Below are positions 37,577 through 47,017 of a DNA stretch of 64,000 bases, in pieces. The DNA is from an uncultured delta proteobacterium (GTDB lineage: Bacteria > Myxococcota > Myxococcia > Myxococcales > Myxococcaceae): contig CAWCKH010000004.1 of NCBI GenBank assembly GCA_963796055.1, forward strand, positions 288,001-352,000, given 5' to 3'. The position numbers were made by a program, and so were the translations under genes. Below the pieces are notes generated by a model, which saw only the letters and a program-made list of their open reading frames with translations, had not been told where the DNA came from and ran no database searches. Positions within the stretch are counted from its first letter, which is position 1; the number at the start of each line of letters is the position of its first letter.

Positions 37577-38569
37577 ATGTTCAAGGCCGGTGTGGCGGGC
37601 TGGGACTACAAGAACTGGAGCGGCACCGTGTACCCCGAGCACGCGGGACGCGGGTTCGACAAGCTCGAGTACCTCTCGCTCTACCTCCCGCTCTTCGAGA
37701 TCAACCGGACGTACTACCGCGCCGCCACCGCCGCCGAGGCCCGCGGGTGGCTGGGGCGCGTCGCTCACCGGCCGGGGGTGGTCTTCACCGCGAAGATCCC
37801 CGAGCAGTTCGTCGCCCCCGGCAAGAGCTGGACCCGCGAGGACGTGGCGCGGGCGCGGGAGGGGCTCGACGTCCTGCACGAGGCCGGCCGGCTCGGGGCC
37901 GCGGTCCTCCAGTTCGCCTACAGCTTCAAGCGCATCAAGCGTGACGCCACCATCGACGAGGACGCGCTCCGCTGGCTGCTGAAGTCCGCCGCCGCCTTCA
38001 AGGGCCTGCCGGTCTTCGTCGAGTTCCGGCACGACAGCTGGGACGCGCCCGAGGTCCTGGCCGAGCTGCGGGAGCGGAAGATCGGCTGGATCAACGTCGA
38101 CCAGCCCCACCTCCCGAAGGACTCACTGCGGCTCCGCCCCTACGCCACCACCTCCACCGGCTACATCCGCATGCACGGCCGCAACTACCAGACCTGGATG
38201 CGCTTCTTCGGGCGGGGCTCGAAGAAGACCGCGGAGAACGTCGAGAAGCGTCAGAAGAAGACCCCCGAGCAGCGCCGGGCGGAGGAGGCGCAGAAGGACG
38301 CCCGGTTCGATTACCTGTACCCGCGCTCGGAGCTGGAGGACGTCGCCCGGACCGCGCGCCAGGTGGCCGCCCTTCCCGAGGTCCGGGACGTCTACCTGGT
38401 CAACAACAACCACAACTTCGGCAAGGCGCCCACCAACGCCCTGATGCTCGAGTCCATGCTCACCGGCGAGGACGTCCCCGCCCCGCCCGACCTGTTCGAG
38501 CACTACCCCGAGGCGCTGCGCGGATTCGCCCACCCGGTGCCGGCCGAGGAGCTGCGCTCGGAGTCCTGA
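37577..38569 (+). CDS. DUF72 (YecE-like) protein
   Basis: GVAGWDY..W.G.VYP, EINRTYY, LQF..SF, EFRH.SW, VDQP, YIRMHGRN, RFDYLY, NNH..GKAP.NA. Confidence 0.92.
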   Translation: MFKAGVAGWDYKNWSGTVYPEHAGRGFDKLEYLSLYLPLFEINRTYYRAATAAEARGWLGRVAHRPGVVFTAKIPEQFVAPGKSWTREDVARAREGLDVLHEAGRLGAAVLQFAYSFKRIKRDATIDEDALRWLLKSAAAFKGLPVFVEFRHDSWDAPEVLAELRERKIGWINVDQPHLPKDSLRLRPYATTSTGYIRMHGRNYQTWMRFFGRGSKKTAENVEKRQKKTPEQRRAEEAQKDARFDYLYPRSELEDVARTARQVAALPEVRDVYLVNNNHNFGKAPTNALMLESMLTGEDVPAPPDLFEHYPEALRGFAHPVPAEELRSES

Positions 38570-38900
38570 GGGCGAGTCCCTCCCCGGGTTCTGGCCGGGA
38601 GCTGAGGCGCCGATTCACACGGGGCACGCGGACCCGGTACTTCTGGGGCTTCGAGCCGGTCCGCTCGATGAACTTCCGCGCCTCGAGGTCGAGCTTCACC
38701 GTCTCGGCATACCAGCTGACGTTCCCCTCGAAGCCTCCCCGGAGGGCGGTGGCGAGCGCGTCCATCAGCTCCGTGTGCGTGAGCTCCGCTCCCTCGAGCG
38801 CCGCCAGCAGCGCCCCCTTCACCACCTCGTACCTCTCCCGGTCGATGCGCCTCCCGCTCTTCCCCCGCGTCGGGTGGCGGGTCTGGATCTTCCCGGTCAT
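38460..38900 (-). CDS. DUF6958-like small winged-helix protein; extended 3' end overlaps the DUF72 gene
   Basis: KIQTRHP..GKSG.RID.ERYE, F.GNVSWY.ETVKLDLEAR..IER. Credible part about 38625-38900. ATGA-coupled to DUF1697. Confidence 0.7.
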   Translation of the reverse strand: MTGKIQTRHPTRGKSGRRIDRERYEVVKGALLAALEGAELTHTELMDALATALRGGFEGNVSWYAETVKLDLEARKFIERTGSKPQKYRVRVPRVNRRLSSRPEPGEGLALRTPSAAPRPAPGGRIRAAPRGSARTGRAGRGRPRR

Positions 38901-39409
38901 CGTGCGACCTTTCTCACCGTGTCCCAGGTCCTGGTGGTCAGCTCGTCGCCGAACGTCCGCTCGATCAACGACATGAACACCGGGCCTCTCGGGCTCCGGA
39001 CGTAGGAGGTGAAGACCTCCCGCCCCCGAACCTGGAGGATGCGCGCGCCGTCCTTCTCGGGAAGGCGCACCGGGATCTGGGCTGGCTTCTCCCGGAGGAA
39101 GGTCACGATCTTCTTCGACTCCGCGGGAAGGCGGTGGGAGGCGAACGGGTCGGAGGTGAGGAGCTCCCGGAGCTCCTCGAGCGACCGGATGATGCTCAGG
39201 AACGTCCGCCCGAGGTGCTCCTGCATCCCCTGCTCGGCCTTCCGCTGCAGCACCGTGTCCGTGGCCGCGCGGGCGTCGAAGACCACGTTCCCGCTGGAGA
39301 GCAGGGTCCGGACCTCCTCGAACCCCGCCTTCTCGAAGGCGCGCTTCAGCTCCGGCATCCTGGCGTTCATCGGGCTCACGCCCCGGAGGAAGGCTGCGTA
39401 GCGCGGCAT
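38897..39409 (-). CDS. DUF1697 family protein
   Basis: MPRYAAFLRGVS, V.TLLSSGNVVF, TTRTWDTV. Confidence 0.9.
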   Translation of the reverse strand: MPRYAAFLRGVSPMNARMPELKRAFEKAGFEEVRTLLSSGNVVFDARAATDTVLQRKAEQGMQEHLGRTFLSIIRSLEELRELLTSDPFASHRLPAESKKIVTFLREKPAQIPVRLPEKDGARILQVRGREVFTSYVRSPRGPVFMSLIERTFGDELTTRTWDTVRKVAR

Positions 39410-39561
39410 CAGTCGGCCGTACCACACGCGTTCCGGCGACGGAACCCACGCCGGGCGTCGATCAGAGGACTCGGTTCGACGTCGCCGACGGCCGCGACTC
39501 GTGATGCGTCCCGGCACAGTCGCGGCGCCCGCAACGGGCCGTCCTCCCTCGCCTGCCCCGG

Positions 39562-39852
39562 GCAAGCGGCGCCAAGAGCGCGCTGGCGGCGCTGCTCGAC
39601 CGCGCGCCCGACTTCGAGGTGGAGACGCCCCCGGAGCCTCCTGCCCCGCCCGACCTCGGACTCCTCGAGGAACAGGCCCCGGGACGCCGGCTGGACGTGC
39701 TCGGAGCGTGGAAGAGCGTCGACGCCGCCCGCGCCGGCGAGACCTCCTACGTGCTCAGCTACCTCCCCACCATCGGCTTCAACGGGCAGTACACCTACAG
39801 CAACACCACCGGGTTCACCGACCGGCACGGCCTCGACAGCAGCGCACCGTAG
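39562..39852 (+). pseudogene. Internal fragment of a TolC-family outer-membrane efflux protein
   Basis: ASGAKSALAALLDRAPDFEVETPPEP...RRLDV...YLPTIGFNGQYTYSNTTGF resembles the OEP repeat 'RPDL...LP.L.L...Y'. No signal peptide or complete repeat. Confidence 0.55.
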
Positions 39853-39879
39853 CGGCCCCCACCGGCGCACCCGAGCCGG

Positions 39880-40383
39880 TCATCGGCCGGCGGCGTGCTC
39901 GCGGAGCGAGGTCAAGAGATCTCCCCACCACAGTCCGATCATCCGGATGAACGCCGGAACGTCGTGCCCATGGCGGACCGGATGGTCCGGGCGGAGGCTG
40001 GCCCAGCCGCGGTGGGTGACGGTGACCACCGTCCCGCTGGGGCTCGGCTCGAACAGCACCTCGACCTCGGTCCGCTCACCGGGCTCGAAGTTCACCCCCC
40101 GCCACTCGAACACCAGGCGCGCGGGTGGCTCCCAGACCGTCACCGTCCCGGTCTCGAAGACCCGCATCGTGCCCTTGGTCTCGAACGACTCGAACAGCCG
40201 CCCACCCACGTGCCGCTCGAGGTGGAGGAAGCCGCGGTTCCCGCCGGCTATCCGGTACCTCAGCCCCCGCCGCCACCACTGGTCGATCTCCTCGGTGAAC
40301 ACCCGGTAGGCGACGTCGGGAGGCACCGCGACCAGCACCGTCGCCCGGGCCTGGTCTCCGGCACGCGGTTGCACCTGGGTCAT
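39880..40383 (-). CDS. SRPBCC/AHSA1 domain protein
   Basis: AYRVFTEEIDQWW, GTVTVWEPPARLVFEW, TEVEVLF, GTVVTVTHRGW. Confidence 0.88.
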   Translation of the reverse strand: MTQVQPRAGDQARATVLVAVPPDVAYRVFTEEIDQWWRRGLRYRIAGGNRGFLHLERHVGGRLFESFETKGTMRVFETGTVTVWEPPARLVFEWRGVNFEPGERTEVEVLFEPSPSGTVVTVTHRGWASLRPDHPVRHGHDVPAFIRMIGLWWGDLLTSLREHAAGR

Positions 40384-40721
40384 CGGCGCCGCCCCCGGTG
40401 CACCTGCTCGGCGTGGGCCTTGAACGCCTGCAGCTGGTCGCCCCACATCGCCTCGACGTCCTCGACCCAGGCGCGCAGGCGGGAGAACGGCTCGGTCCGC
40501 AGCTGGATCAGCCGCGCCCGCGCGTCCTCCTCGATCGCCTCCTGGGCGATGAGCCCCGCCTTCCGGAGGACGCGCAGGTGCCGGCTCATCGCCGGACGGC
40601 TCATCGACAGCGCCTCGGCCACCTCGCTGGGGCGCTGCGGCTTCTTCCGCAGGCGCTCGACGATCGCCCGGCGGGTCGGGTCGGCCAGCGCGGCGAGGGT
40701 GCGATCCAGCTCAGCGGCCAC
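40380..40721 (-). CDS. ArsR/SmtB-family transcriptional regulator
   Basis: ALADPTRRAIVERL, MSRPAMSRHLRVLRKAGLI. Confidence 0.92.
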   Translation of the reverse strand: MAAELDRTLAALADPTRRAIVERLRKKPQRPSEVAEALSMSRPAMSRHLRVLRKAGLIAQEAIEEDARARLIQLRTEPFSRLRAWVEDVEAMWGDQLQAFKAHAEQVHRGRRR

Positions 40722-41172
40722 GGGGCGCCGCGTCCCGGACCCGCTGCATGAACCACCAGTGGTGACCCTCGGGGTCCTCGGCCCGATAGGCGCGATCGGA
40801 CCAGTAGTCCGAGCCGTAGTCGGTGGTCGTCGGCTCGTCGATGATCTTCGCCCCGGCCGCCCTGGCGCGGGCACAGTGCGCGTCCACGTCGTCGACGAAG
40901 ATCGCCAGCATCTGGGTGTTGATGCCGCCGACGGAGCGGGGACTCCGGCCCGGAAGCGGGACCTTGCGATCGGAGCTGCCGCCCGAGCTGCTGACCCCGA
41001 TATGCCCTTCGCCGAACCGAAGCTCGGAGTGCTCGATCCGCCCACCCTCGCCCTCGATCTTCAGCTGCACCTCGAAGCCGAACGCCCGGCACAGCCAGTC
41101 GATGGCCTTGCTCGCGTCGTCGTAGAAGACTGCCGGGCAGATCCGCGCCCAGCCCTCGGGTGGCTTCTTCAT
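40711..41172 (-). CDS. VOC/glyoxalase family protein (PhnB-like)
   Basis: YDDASKAIDWLCRAFGF, HSELRFG, VDDVDAH..RARAAGA, Y.AEDPEGHHW. Confidence 0.9.
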   Translation of the reverse strand: MKKPPEGWARICPAVFYDDASKAIDWLCRAFGFEVQLKIEGEGGRIEHSELRFGEGHIGVSSSGGSSDRKVPLPGRSPRSVGGINTQMLAIFVDDVDAHCARARAAGAKIIDEPTTTDYGSDYWSDRAYRAEDPEGHHWWFMQRVRDAAPRGR

Positions 41173-41191
41173 GGTCGTCCTCCGGTGATCG

Positions 41192-41241
41192 ATTGCCAAC
41201 GGCGGCAATGATTAACTGCAAGCGCAACCACTTACAAGTGG
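41192..41241. promoter_or_regulatory. Two inverted repeats upstream of the VOC-ArsR-SRPBCC operon (candidate ArsR operator)
   Basis: ATTGCC-N6-GGCAAT at 41192-41209 and CCACTT-AC-AAGTGG at 41228-41241, in an AT-rich patch. Confidence 0.5.
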
Positions 41242-41411
41242 CTCCGGGAAATCAGTCCTTCAGTGGACGGATGAGTCCGAGCCCGAGCAGCGGCGCGTTC
41301 GACCGACCGCGGAGCAGCAGTCCGCCCCACGGCGTCCGAGCCCGGCCGAGGCTTGTCGCACCCGCGGGTCCGTGCCATCTCCGCTCCGACGCACGGCCAC
41401 GGAGAACGACG

Positions 41412-42416
41412 ATGTCCAGCGCACTCCCCACCCGGACTCTCGGCAGGACCGGTCCCACCGTCTCCGCGCTCGGCCTCGGCGCGATGGGGATGTCCGACTT
41501 CTACGGCCCGGCGGACAGGGTCGAGAGCCTGGCCACGCTGAGGGACGCGCTCGACCAGGGCATCACCCTCATCGACACCGGCGACTTCTACGGCTCGGGG
41601 CACAACGAGCTGCTGGTGGCCGAGGCGCTCCGGGCCCGCCCCCGGGACCGGGTGGTGATCTCGGTGAAGTTCGGAGCGCTGCGCGACCCGCAGGGCGGCT
41701 TCATCGGACTCGACCTGCGCCCGGCAGCGATCAAGAACTTCCTCTCCTACTCGCTGAAGCGGCTGAACACCGATCACCTCGACATCTACCGTCCGGCGCG
41801 CATGCCGGCGGGCACCAACGTCGAGGAGGTCGTGGGAACGCTGGCCGAGCTGGTCAAGGCCGGCCACATCCGCCACATCGGCCTGTCAGAGGTCGGGGCC
41901 GAGACGCTGCGCCGCGCGGCGGCCGTGCACCCCATCGCCGACCTCCAGATCGAGTATTCGCTCGTCACGCGCGACATCGAGCGGGACATCCTCCCCACCG
42001 CGCGCGCGCTCGGGATCGGCACCACTGCCTACGGCGTCCTCTCGCGCGGTCTGCTGTCCGGACACTGGAGGCAGGACCGCGCGCTATCACCCGGGGATTT
42101 CCGGAACTTCGGCCCCCGCTTCCGCGGCGACAACCTCCAGCAGAACCTCGGGCTGGTGGATGCTCTGCGGGAGGTGGCCCGGCGGAAGGGAATCACCGTC
42201 GCGCAGGCGGCCATCGCCTGGGTGCTCGCGCGTGGCCCGGACATCGTCCCCCTCATCGGGGCCCGGACGCGCGACCGGCTCGCGGAGGCGCTCGGCGCGC
42301 TCGAGGTCACCTTGACCGGCCCCGACCTCGAGGAGATCGCCCGGGCGGTCCCCGCCGAGGCGGTGGCGGGGACCCGCTACCCCGAGCATTCCCTGCCTGA
42401 CCTCGGGCGAACCTGA
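41412..42416 (+). CDS. Aldo/keto reductase
   Basis: LGLGAMGMS, IDTGDFYG, VKFG, SLKRL.TD.LDIY, IGLSE, QIEYSL. Confidence 0.95.
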   Translation: MSSALPTRTLGRTGPTVSALGLGAMGMSDFYGPADRVESLATLRDALDQGITLIDTGDFYGSGHNELLVAEALRARPRDRVVISVKFGALRDPQGGFIGLDLRPAAIKNFLSYSLKRLNTDHLDIYRPARMPAGTNVEEVVGTLAELVKAGHIRHIGLSEVGAETLRRAAAVHPIADLQIEYSLVTRDIERDILPTARALGIGTTAYGVLSRGLLSGHWRQDRALSPGDFRNFGPRFRGDNLQQNLGLVDALREVARRKGITVAQAAIAWVLARGPDIVPLIGARTRDRLAEALGALEVTLTGPDLEEIARAVPAEAVAGTRYPEHSLPDLGRT

Positions 42417-42418
42417 CC

Positions 42419-42838
42419 TCACCCCTTCTGGACGTGGGCGGGATCCATCCAGAACACCTCCCAGTGGTGCCCGTCAGGGTCGAGGAAGCTCCAGCCGTAC
42501 ATGAAGCCCAGGTCCATCGGATCGGAAGCGTGCTTCCCGCCGGTGGTCACCGCCTTCTTCACCAGCTGGTCCACCTCGGCGCGGCTGTCCGCCCCGATGG
42601 CGAACAGCCCCTCGTTGTGGGTCCGGGTATCGCAGATCTGCTTCTTGCTGAACTCGCGGAACTTCGGCTCGGTGAGGAGCATGAAGTAGCCATCGTCGCT
42701 CAGCACCATGCAGGCGGCGGTGTCGTCGGTGAACTGCGGATTGAAGCCGAAGCCCAGGCCCTCGAAGAAGGCCATCGAGCGCTTGAGGTCCTTGACCGGA
42801 ATGTTGACGAAGATCTTGCGGGGGTTCTTGACGGGCAT
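42419..42838 (-). CDS. VOC/glyoxalase family protein
   Basis: IFVNIPVKDLKRSMAFF, FNPQFTDD.AACM, GFMYGWSF.DPDGHHWE. Confidence 0.92.
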   Translation of the reverse strand: MPVKNPRKIFVNIPVKDLKRSMAFFEGLGFGFNPQFTDDTAACMVLSDDGYFMLLTEPKFREFSKKQICDTRTHNEGLFAIGADSRAEVDQLVKKAVTTGGKHASDPMDLGFMYGWSFLDPDGHHWEVFWMDPAHVQKG

Positions 42839-42867
42839 GGCGGGTCTCCGAGCGGCGAGTCTGCCGG

Positions 42868-42898
42868 TTGAGACGGCATGAGCGCCGAGAAGTCATCG
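42868..42898 (-). promoter_or_regulatory. SigG-type ECF promoter CGATGA-N18-GTC upstream of the glyoxalase
   Basis: Minus strand CGATGA cttctcggcgctcatgcc GTCTCAA, between the sigma gene and the VOC gene. Confidence 0.7.
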
Positions 42899-42937
42899 GC
42901 CCGCCAGGACCAGATCTCGAAGACCACGGTGGACCAG

Positions 42938-43897
42938 CTACGCCGGCAGGCTGAGCGGCAGCCTGAAGCGCGGAAAGAGCCGCTCGGTATCGAGGAAGGT
43001 GTTGATGCCGGTCACCCGGCCGCCGCCGATCTCCAGCACCACCAGCCCCCAGGCGTGGAAGCCCTTCCCCGGACCGCTGGATCGGAACTGACCGAACGAC
43101 GGGGCCCCGTTCGCCGCCGCCGGCAGCATCCGCGAGCCGCGGCAGCCGATGCCCCGGCCCAGCATCCAGTCCCGGACCGACTGCGGGCCCCGGAGCCAGA
43201 GCGCGTACGGCGGCATGGACATCACCACGTCCTGATGGAGGAGCCGGGTGAGCGCGTCCATGTCGTAACGCTCGAACGCCTCGACGTAGCGGTGCACCAG
43301 CTCCGGGTCGGCCTCGGCGGCCACCGCGTCGGCCTGGAGCTGGCGGGCGTCGAGCGTGGCCCGGGCGCGCTGGATGGCGCTGTTCACCGCGGGCACAGAC
43401 ATGTCGAGCGTCGCCGCGACCTCGGCGGCGGAGCAGCCGAGCACCTCCATCAGCAGCAGCGCCGCCCGCTGCCGAGGCGGAAGGTGCTGGAGCGCGGCCA
43501 TGAAGGCCAGCCGGATGCTCTGACGCAGGATTGCCCGCTCTGCCGGGTCAGCGTCGTCGGGCAGCACCTGTGACTCGGGCACGGGCTCGATGAACTCCGC
43601 GGCAGGCCGGGTGCACAGCTCGTCGCTGACCGCGCCCACCGGACCGAGCTCCATCGGTCGCACCCGGCGTGCGCGGTCGGCCAGGGCGTCCAGGCACACC
43701 CGGGTGGCGATGCTGTACAGCCAGGTCTTCAGGGACGAGCGCTGTTCGAACCGGTCCAGGCTCCGCCAGGCGCGGACGAACGTTTCCTGCACCGCATCGT
43801 CCGCCTCCTCCGGCGAGCCGAGCATCCGGTAGCAGTGGCCGGTGAGCGCGGCGCGGTGCCGCTCGAGCTGGGTGCTGTCGATGGTGGTCTCCGCCAT
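42938..43897 (-). CDS. ECF sigma factor with C-terminal SnoaL-like domain (SigG-like)
   Basis: [69 protein letters not shown]. Confidence 0.9.
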   Translation of the reverse strand: MAETTIDSTQLERHRAALTGHCYRMLGSPEEADDAVQETFVRAWRSLDRFEQRSSLKTWLYSIATRVCLDALADRARRVRPMELGPVGAVSDELCTRPAAEFIEPVPESQVLPDDADPAERAILRQSIRLAFMAALQHLPPRQRAALLLMEVLGCSAAEVAATLDMSVPAVNSAIQRARATLDARQLQADAVAAEADPELVHRYVEAFERYDMDALTRLLHQDVVMSMPPYALWLRGPQSVRDWMLGRGIGCRGSRMLPAAANGAPSFGQFRSSGPGKGFHAWGLVVLEIGGGRVTGINTFLDTERLFPRFRLPLSLPA

Positions 43898-44635
43898 GAG
43901 GCCGGGGAGTGTAGCGGCGAGACCGGGGCCCCCGCTCCGGTCAACCGCGGTCCGTGCCGGGAAGGTCAGCCAGCAAGCAGCAGCCGGCGCAGGGAGATTC
44001 TGGAGGGCCACCCCGAGCAGGAAGGCGAGCGGGGACCTCGGGCGGTACTGGGAGAACTTCCTTCGGCGCGCCTTCACCCGGTGTCGTCGCGGCGCCTCCG
44101 CGAACAGCTCCACCATCCCCTGTTCGAAGGACACCAGATCCAGCGGTGAGCGGCTGGAGACCCAGTTCCCGTCACGCACCAGCGGCTCGTCGACCCAGAT
44201 TCCGCCTGCGTTGCGGATGTCGTCCTGGATGCCGGGCCACGCGGCGAGCTTCCGGTCGTGGACCAGGCCCGCCGATACCAGCACCCACGGGCCGTGACAG
44301 AGGGTGGCGATCGGCTTGCCCGCCACGTCGAAGGCGGTGGCCAACATCCGCGCCTTCTCGCTCTGGCGCAGGAAGTCCGGATTGACGAAACCCCCGGGGA
44401 TGAGGAGGGCGTCGTAGTCCGCCGCGCTCACCCGATCGACGGTGCGGTTCACCCGGAGCTTCACCCCGGGACACATGAGATTCATCCCCCGGATCCAGCC
44501 GCGGTGGAGCGAGACGATGTCCACCGCCGCGCCGTGACGGAGGAGTTCCTTGAGGGGACGGGTGAGCTCCACCTGCTCGAAGCCGTCCGCCGCCAGCGCC
44601 GCCACCTTCAGACCGTCGAGTCGTCCGCGTTCCAT
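43898..44635 (-). CDS. DJ-1/PfpI-family protein, in frame with the downstream sigma factor and with no stop between them
   Basis: [52 protein letters not shown]. The ORF continues to 42938. Confidence 0.85.
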
Positions 44636-44718
44636 GCACTCCGGGGTGTGCACGCCCGGCGACCGCGGCAAGGGCGCCCCGTGGGAAACCCTGGCACGGG
44701 CCAGCGCCCCCCGCTGAT

Positions 44719-46212
44719 TCACCCCGCCTCCAGCGCGCGCTGCAACGTCTCCACCCCGGCGCGGATCGCCGCGGGCCGGACGGCGCCGAATCCGAAGACC
44801 AGCCCCCCCTGGCGCTGCCGCATCACCCCGTAGTCCGACAGCGGCGCCACCTCCACGCCCAGCCGCGCCGCGCGGTCACCGGCGGCCACGTCAGAGACGC
44901 CCGGGGGGAGCATCGCGCAGAGCTGCATCCCGGTGTCGCAGAGCTTCGGCTCGAGCACGCCGGAACAGCGGGAGGCGAGCGACTCGAGCAGCGCCTCGGC
45001 CCGCTCGCGGTACACGCCCCGCATCCGCCGGAGGTGCCGCGCGAAGTGTCCCTGGTCCATGAAGGCGGCCAGCGCGGCCTGCTCGAGCGCCGAGGCCGGC
45101 GCGGGGAGCGAGGCCCGCGCGGCGTCGTACACCTCCACCATCGCCGGGGGCACCACCACGTACCCCAGCCGCAGCCCGGGGAACATCGTCTTGCTGAAGG
45201 TTCCGACGTAGAGGACGCGGCCGGCGTCGTCGAGGCCCTGGAGCGCGGTGAGCGGACGGCCGCGGTGGCGGAACTCGCTGTCGTAGTCGTCCTCCAGGAT
45301 CATCGCCCGCCCCGCCGCCGCCCACCGGAGCAGCGCCATCCGCCGCGACAGCGAGAGGGTGGCCCCCAGCGGGTACTGGTGCGAGGGCGCGAGGATCGCC
45401 AGCCGGGCCCCGGGGGCACGGCGGATCCCCGCTTCGACGTCGAGCCCCTCGTCGTCCACCGGCACCGGCACCGGACGGGCGGCGGCGCCGAGCACCGCCC
45501 GGCGGGCGCCGAGGTAGCCCGGATCCTCCAGCCACACCGGATCGCCCGGATCGACCACCAGCCGGAGCACCTCCTCGAAGGCCTGCTGGGTGCCGGCGGT
45601 GACGAAGACCTGCTCGGGGCTGCAGCGGGCACCACGCGCGGCGACGACGTGCTCGGCGATCGCACGGCGAAGCCCGGGGTGTCCGGCCGGATCTCCTCCC
45701 TCCAGCAGCCGCGCGCTCGCCAGCGATTGCGCCCGGCCGACCAGACGCGACCAGAGCGCGGTGGGAAAGAGATCGAGCGCGGGGAGACCGGGCCGGAACG
45801 CGCGCGGCGCCGGACCCAGACGGGGCGCGCCGGTCCCGAGCGCGGCCAGGGCCTGCGCTGCCCGCGAGAGCCTCGGTGGCGGCCCGGGCCGGAGGGGGCG
45901 GAGCGGCGGCGGGGTGAGCCCCTCCTCGGGGAGCTCCGGGGCCACCCGGACGCCCGAGCGGGGCGCGGCGACCAGATACCCCTCGGCCTGCAGAGCCTCG
46001 AGCGCCTGCAGCACCGTCGTCCGGGCCACGCCGAGCTCGGCGGCCAGGGTGCGCGAGGAAGGCAGCCTCGCCCCGGGTCTCACCGCACCGGAGAGGATGC
46101 GGGCGCGCAGCGCCTGGTCGATCTGCGCGTGGAGCGGCGCCGACGTCTTGCGGTCCACCCTCAGCAGCAGGCTGGCGAGGGTGCGATTCTGGTCTGGGTC
46201 AATCGTCCTCAT
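44719..46212 (-). CDS. MocR/GabR-family PLP-dependent transcriptional regulator
   Basis: Gnt[23 protein letters not shown], aminotransferase domain [31 protein letters not shown]. Confidence 0.93.
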   Translation of the reverse strand: MRTIDPDQNRTLASLLLRVDRKTSAPLHAQIDQALRARILSGAVRPGARLPSSRTLAAELGVARTTVLQALEALQAEGYLVAAPRSGVRVAPELPEEGLTPPPLRPLRPGPPPRLSRAAQALAALGTGAPRLGPAPRAFRPGLPALDLFPTALWSRLVGRAQSLASARLLEGGDPAGHPGLRRAIAEHVVAARGARCSPEQVFVTAGTQQAFEEVLRLVVDPGDPVWLEDPGYLGARRAVLGAAARPVPVPVDDEGLDVEAGIRRAPGARLAILAPSHQYPLGATLSLSRRMALLRWAAAGRAMILEDDYDSEFRHRGRPLTALQGLDDAGRVLYVGTFSKTMFPGLRLGYVVVPPAMVEVYDAARASLPAPASALEQAALAAFMDQGHFARHLRRMRGVYRERAEALLESLASRCSGVLEPKLCDTGMQLCAMLPPGVSDVAAGDRAARLGVEVAPLSDYGVMRQRQGGLVFGFGAVRPAAIRAGVETLQRALEAG

Positions 46213-46237
46213 CTGGCCTGGTACAAGATACCAGGCC
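46189..46237. promoter_or_regulatory. Candidate MocR operator
   Basis: Inverted repeat GGCCTGGTA-N5-TACCAGGCC (46215-46237) plus direct repeat CTGG(T/C)CTGG at 46189 and 46213. Includes ATACCA, as in GabR sites. Confidence 0.6.
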
Positions 46238-46255
46238 TCCCGCACCTTGCCGGGT

Positions 46256-46969
46256 ATGGTGCCCTGTTCGGTCGTCGAGCTTCGCCAGTACACGCTTCAC
46301 CCCGGGCGCAGGGACGAGCTGGTCTCGCTGTTCGAGCAGACGTTCATCGAGCCCCAGGAGGCGGCCGGCATCCGCGTCCTCGGTCAGTTCGAGGACGTCG
46401 ACTGCCCCGAGCGATTCGTCTGGTTCCGCGGCTTCTGGGACATGGCCAGCCGGCGCACGTCGCTCGCCGCGTTCTACGAGGGCGCGGTGTGGCGGGAGCA
46501 CCGGGACGCGGCGAATGCGACCATGGTCGACTCGGACGACGTGCTGCTGCTCCGCCCGGTGTGTCCCGCCAGCAAGTTCCCCGGACACCGTCGGGGCGCG
46601 GCAGAGGACCGGGAGGCCAGCCGTCTCCTGGTCCGCATCTTCCACCGCGCAGCGGGCGCCACCGACCTCCTCGGCTTCTGCGAGGACCACGTCCAGCCGG
46701 CGTTCGAGGGCACCGGCGCTCCGGTCGTGGCCTGGCTGGAGAGCGAGCACGCAGCGAACGACTTTCCGCGCCTGCCGGTCCGTGAGGGAGCGGACGTGGT
46801 GGTGTGCATCTCGGTGCTCCCCGACGAGGGCGCGCTCCGCAGACACCTGGCGCTGCTCGCCGCGGACCTCGCCTGGGCCGAGGCGGTGGTCCCCGGACTC
46901 CGCCGCCGCATCGTGGGAGATCCGGAGCAGCTGGTGCTGCGACCCACGCCGCGCTCCGCGCTGTGGTGA
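46256..46969 (+). CDS. NIPSNAP family protein (two domains)
   Basis: VVELRQYTLHPGRRDELV.LFE, RFVWFRGF.DM..R...L.AFY.G.VW, ANATMVDSDDVLLLRP, NDFPRLPVREG. Confidence 0.88.
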   Translation: MVPCSVVELRQYTLHPGRRDELVSLFEQTFIEPQEAAGIRVLGQFEDVDCPERFVWFRGFWDMASRRTSLAAFYEGAVWREHRDAANATMVDSDDVLLLRPVCPASKFPGHRRGAAEDREASRLLVRIFHRAAGATDLLGFCEDHVQPAFEGTGAPVVAWLESEHAANDFPRLPVREGADVVVCISVLPDEGALRRHLALLAADLAWAEAVVPGLRRRIVGDPEQLVLRPTPRSALW

Positions 46970-47017
46970 GGACCTGGGCGGACCCGCGCTGAACGGTGGG
47001 TGTGCGATGTTGGCGGG

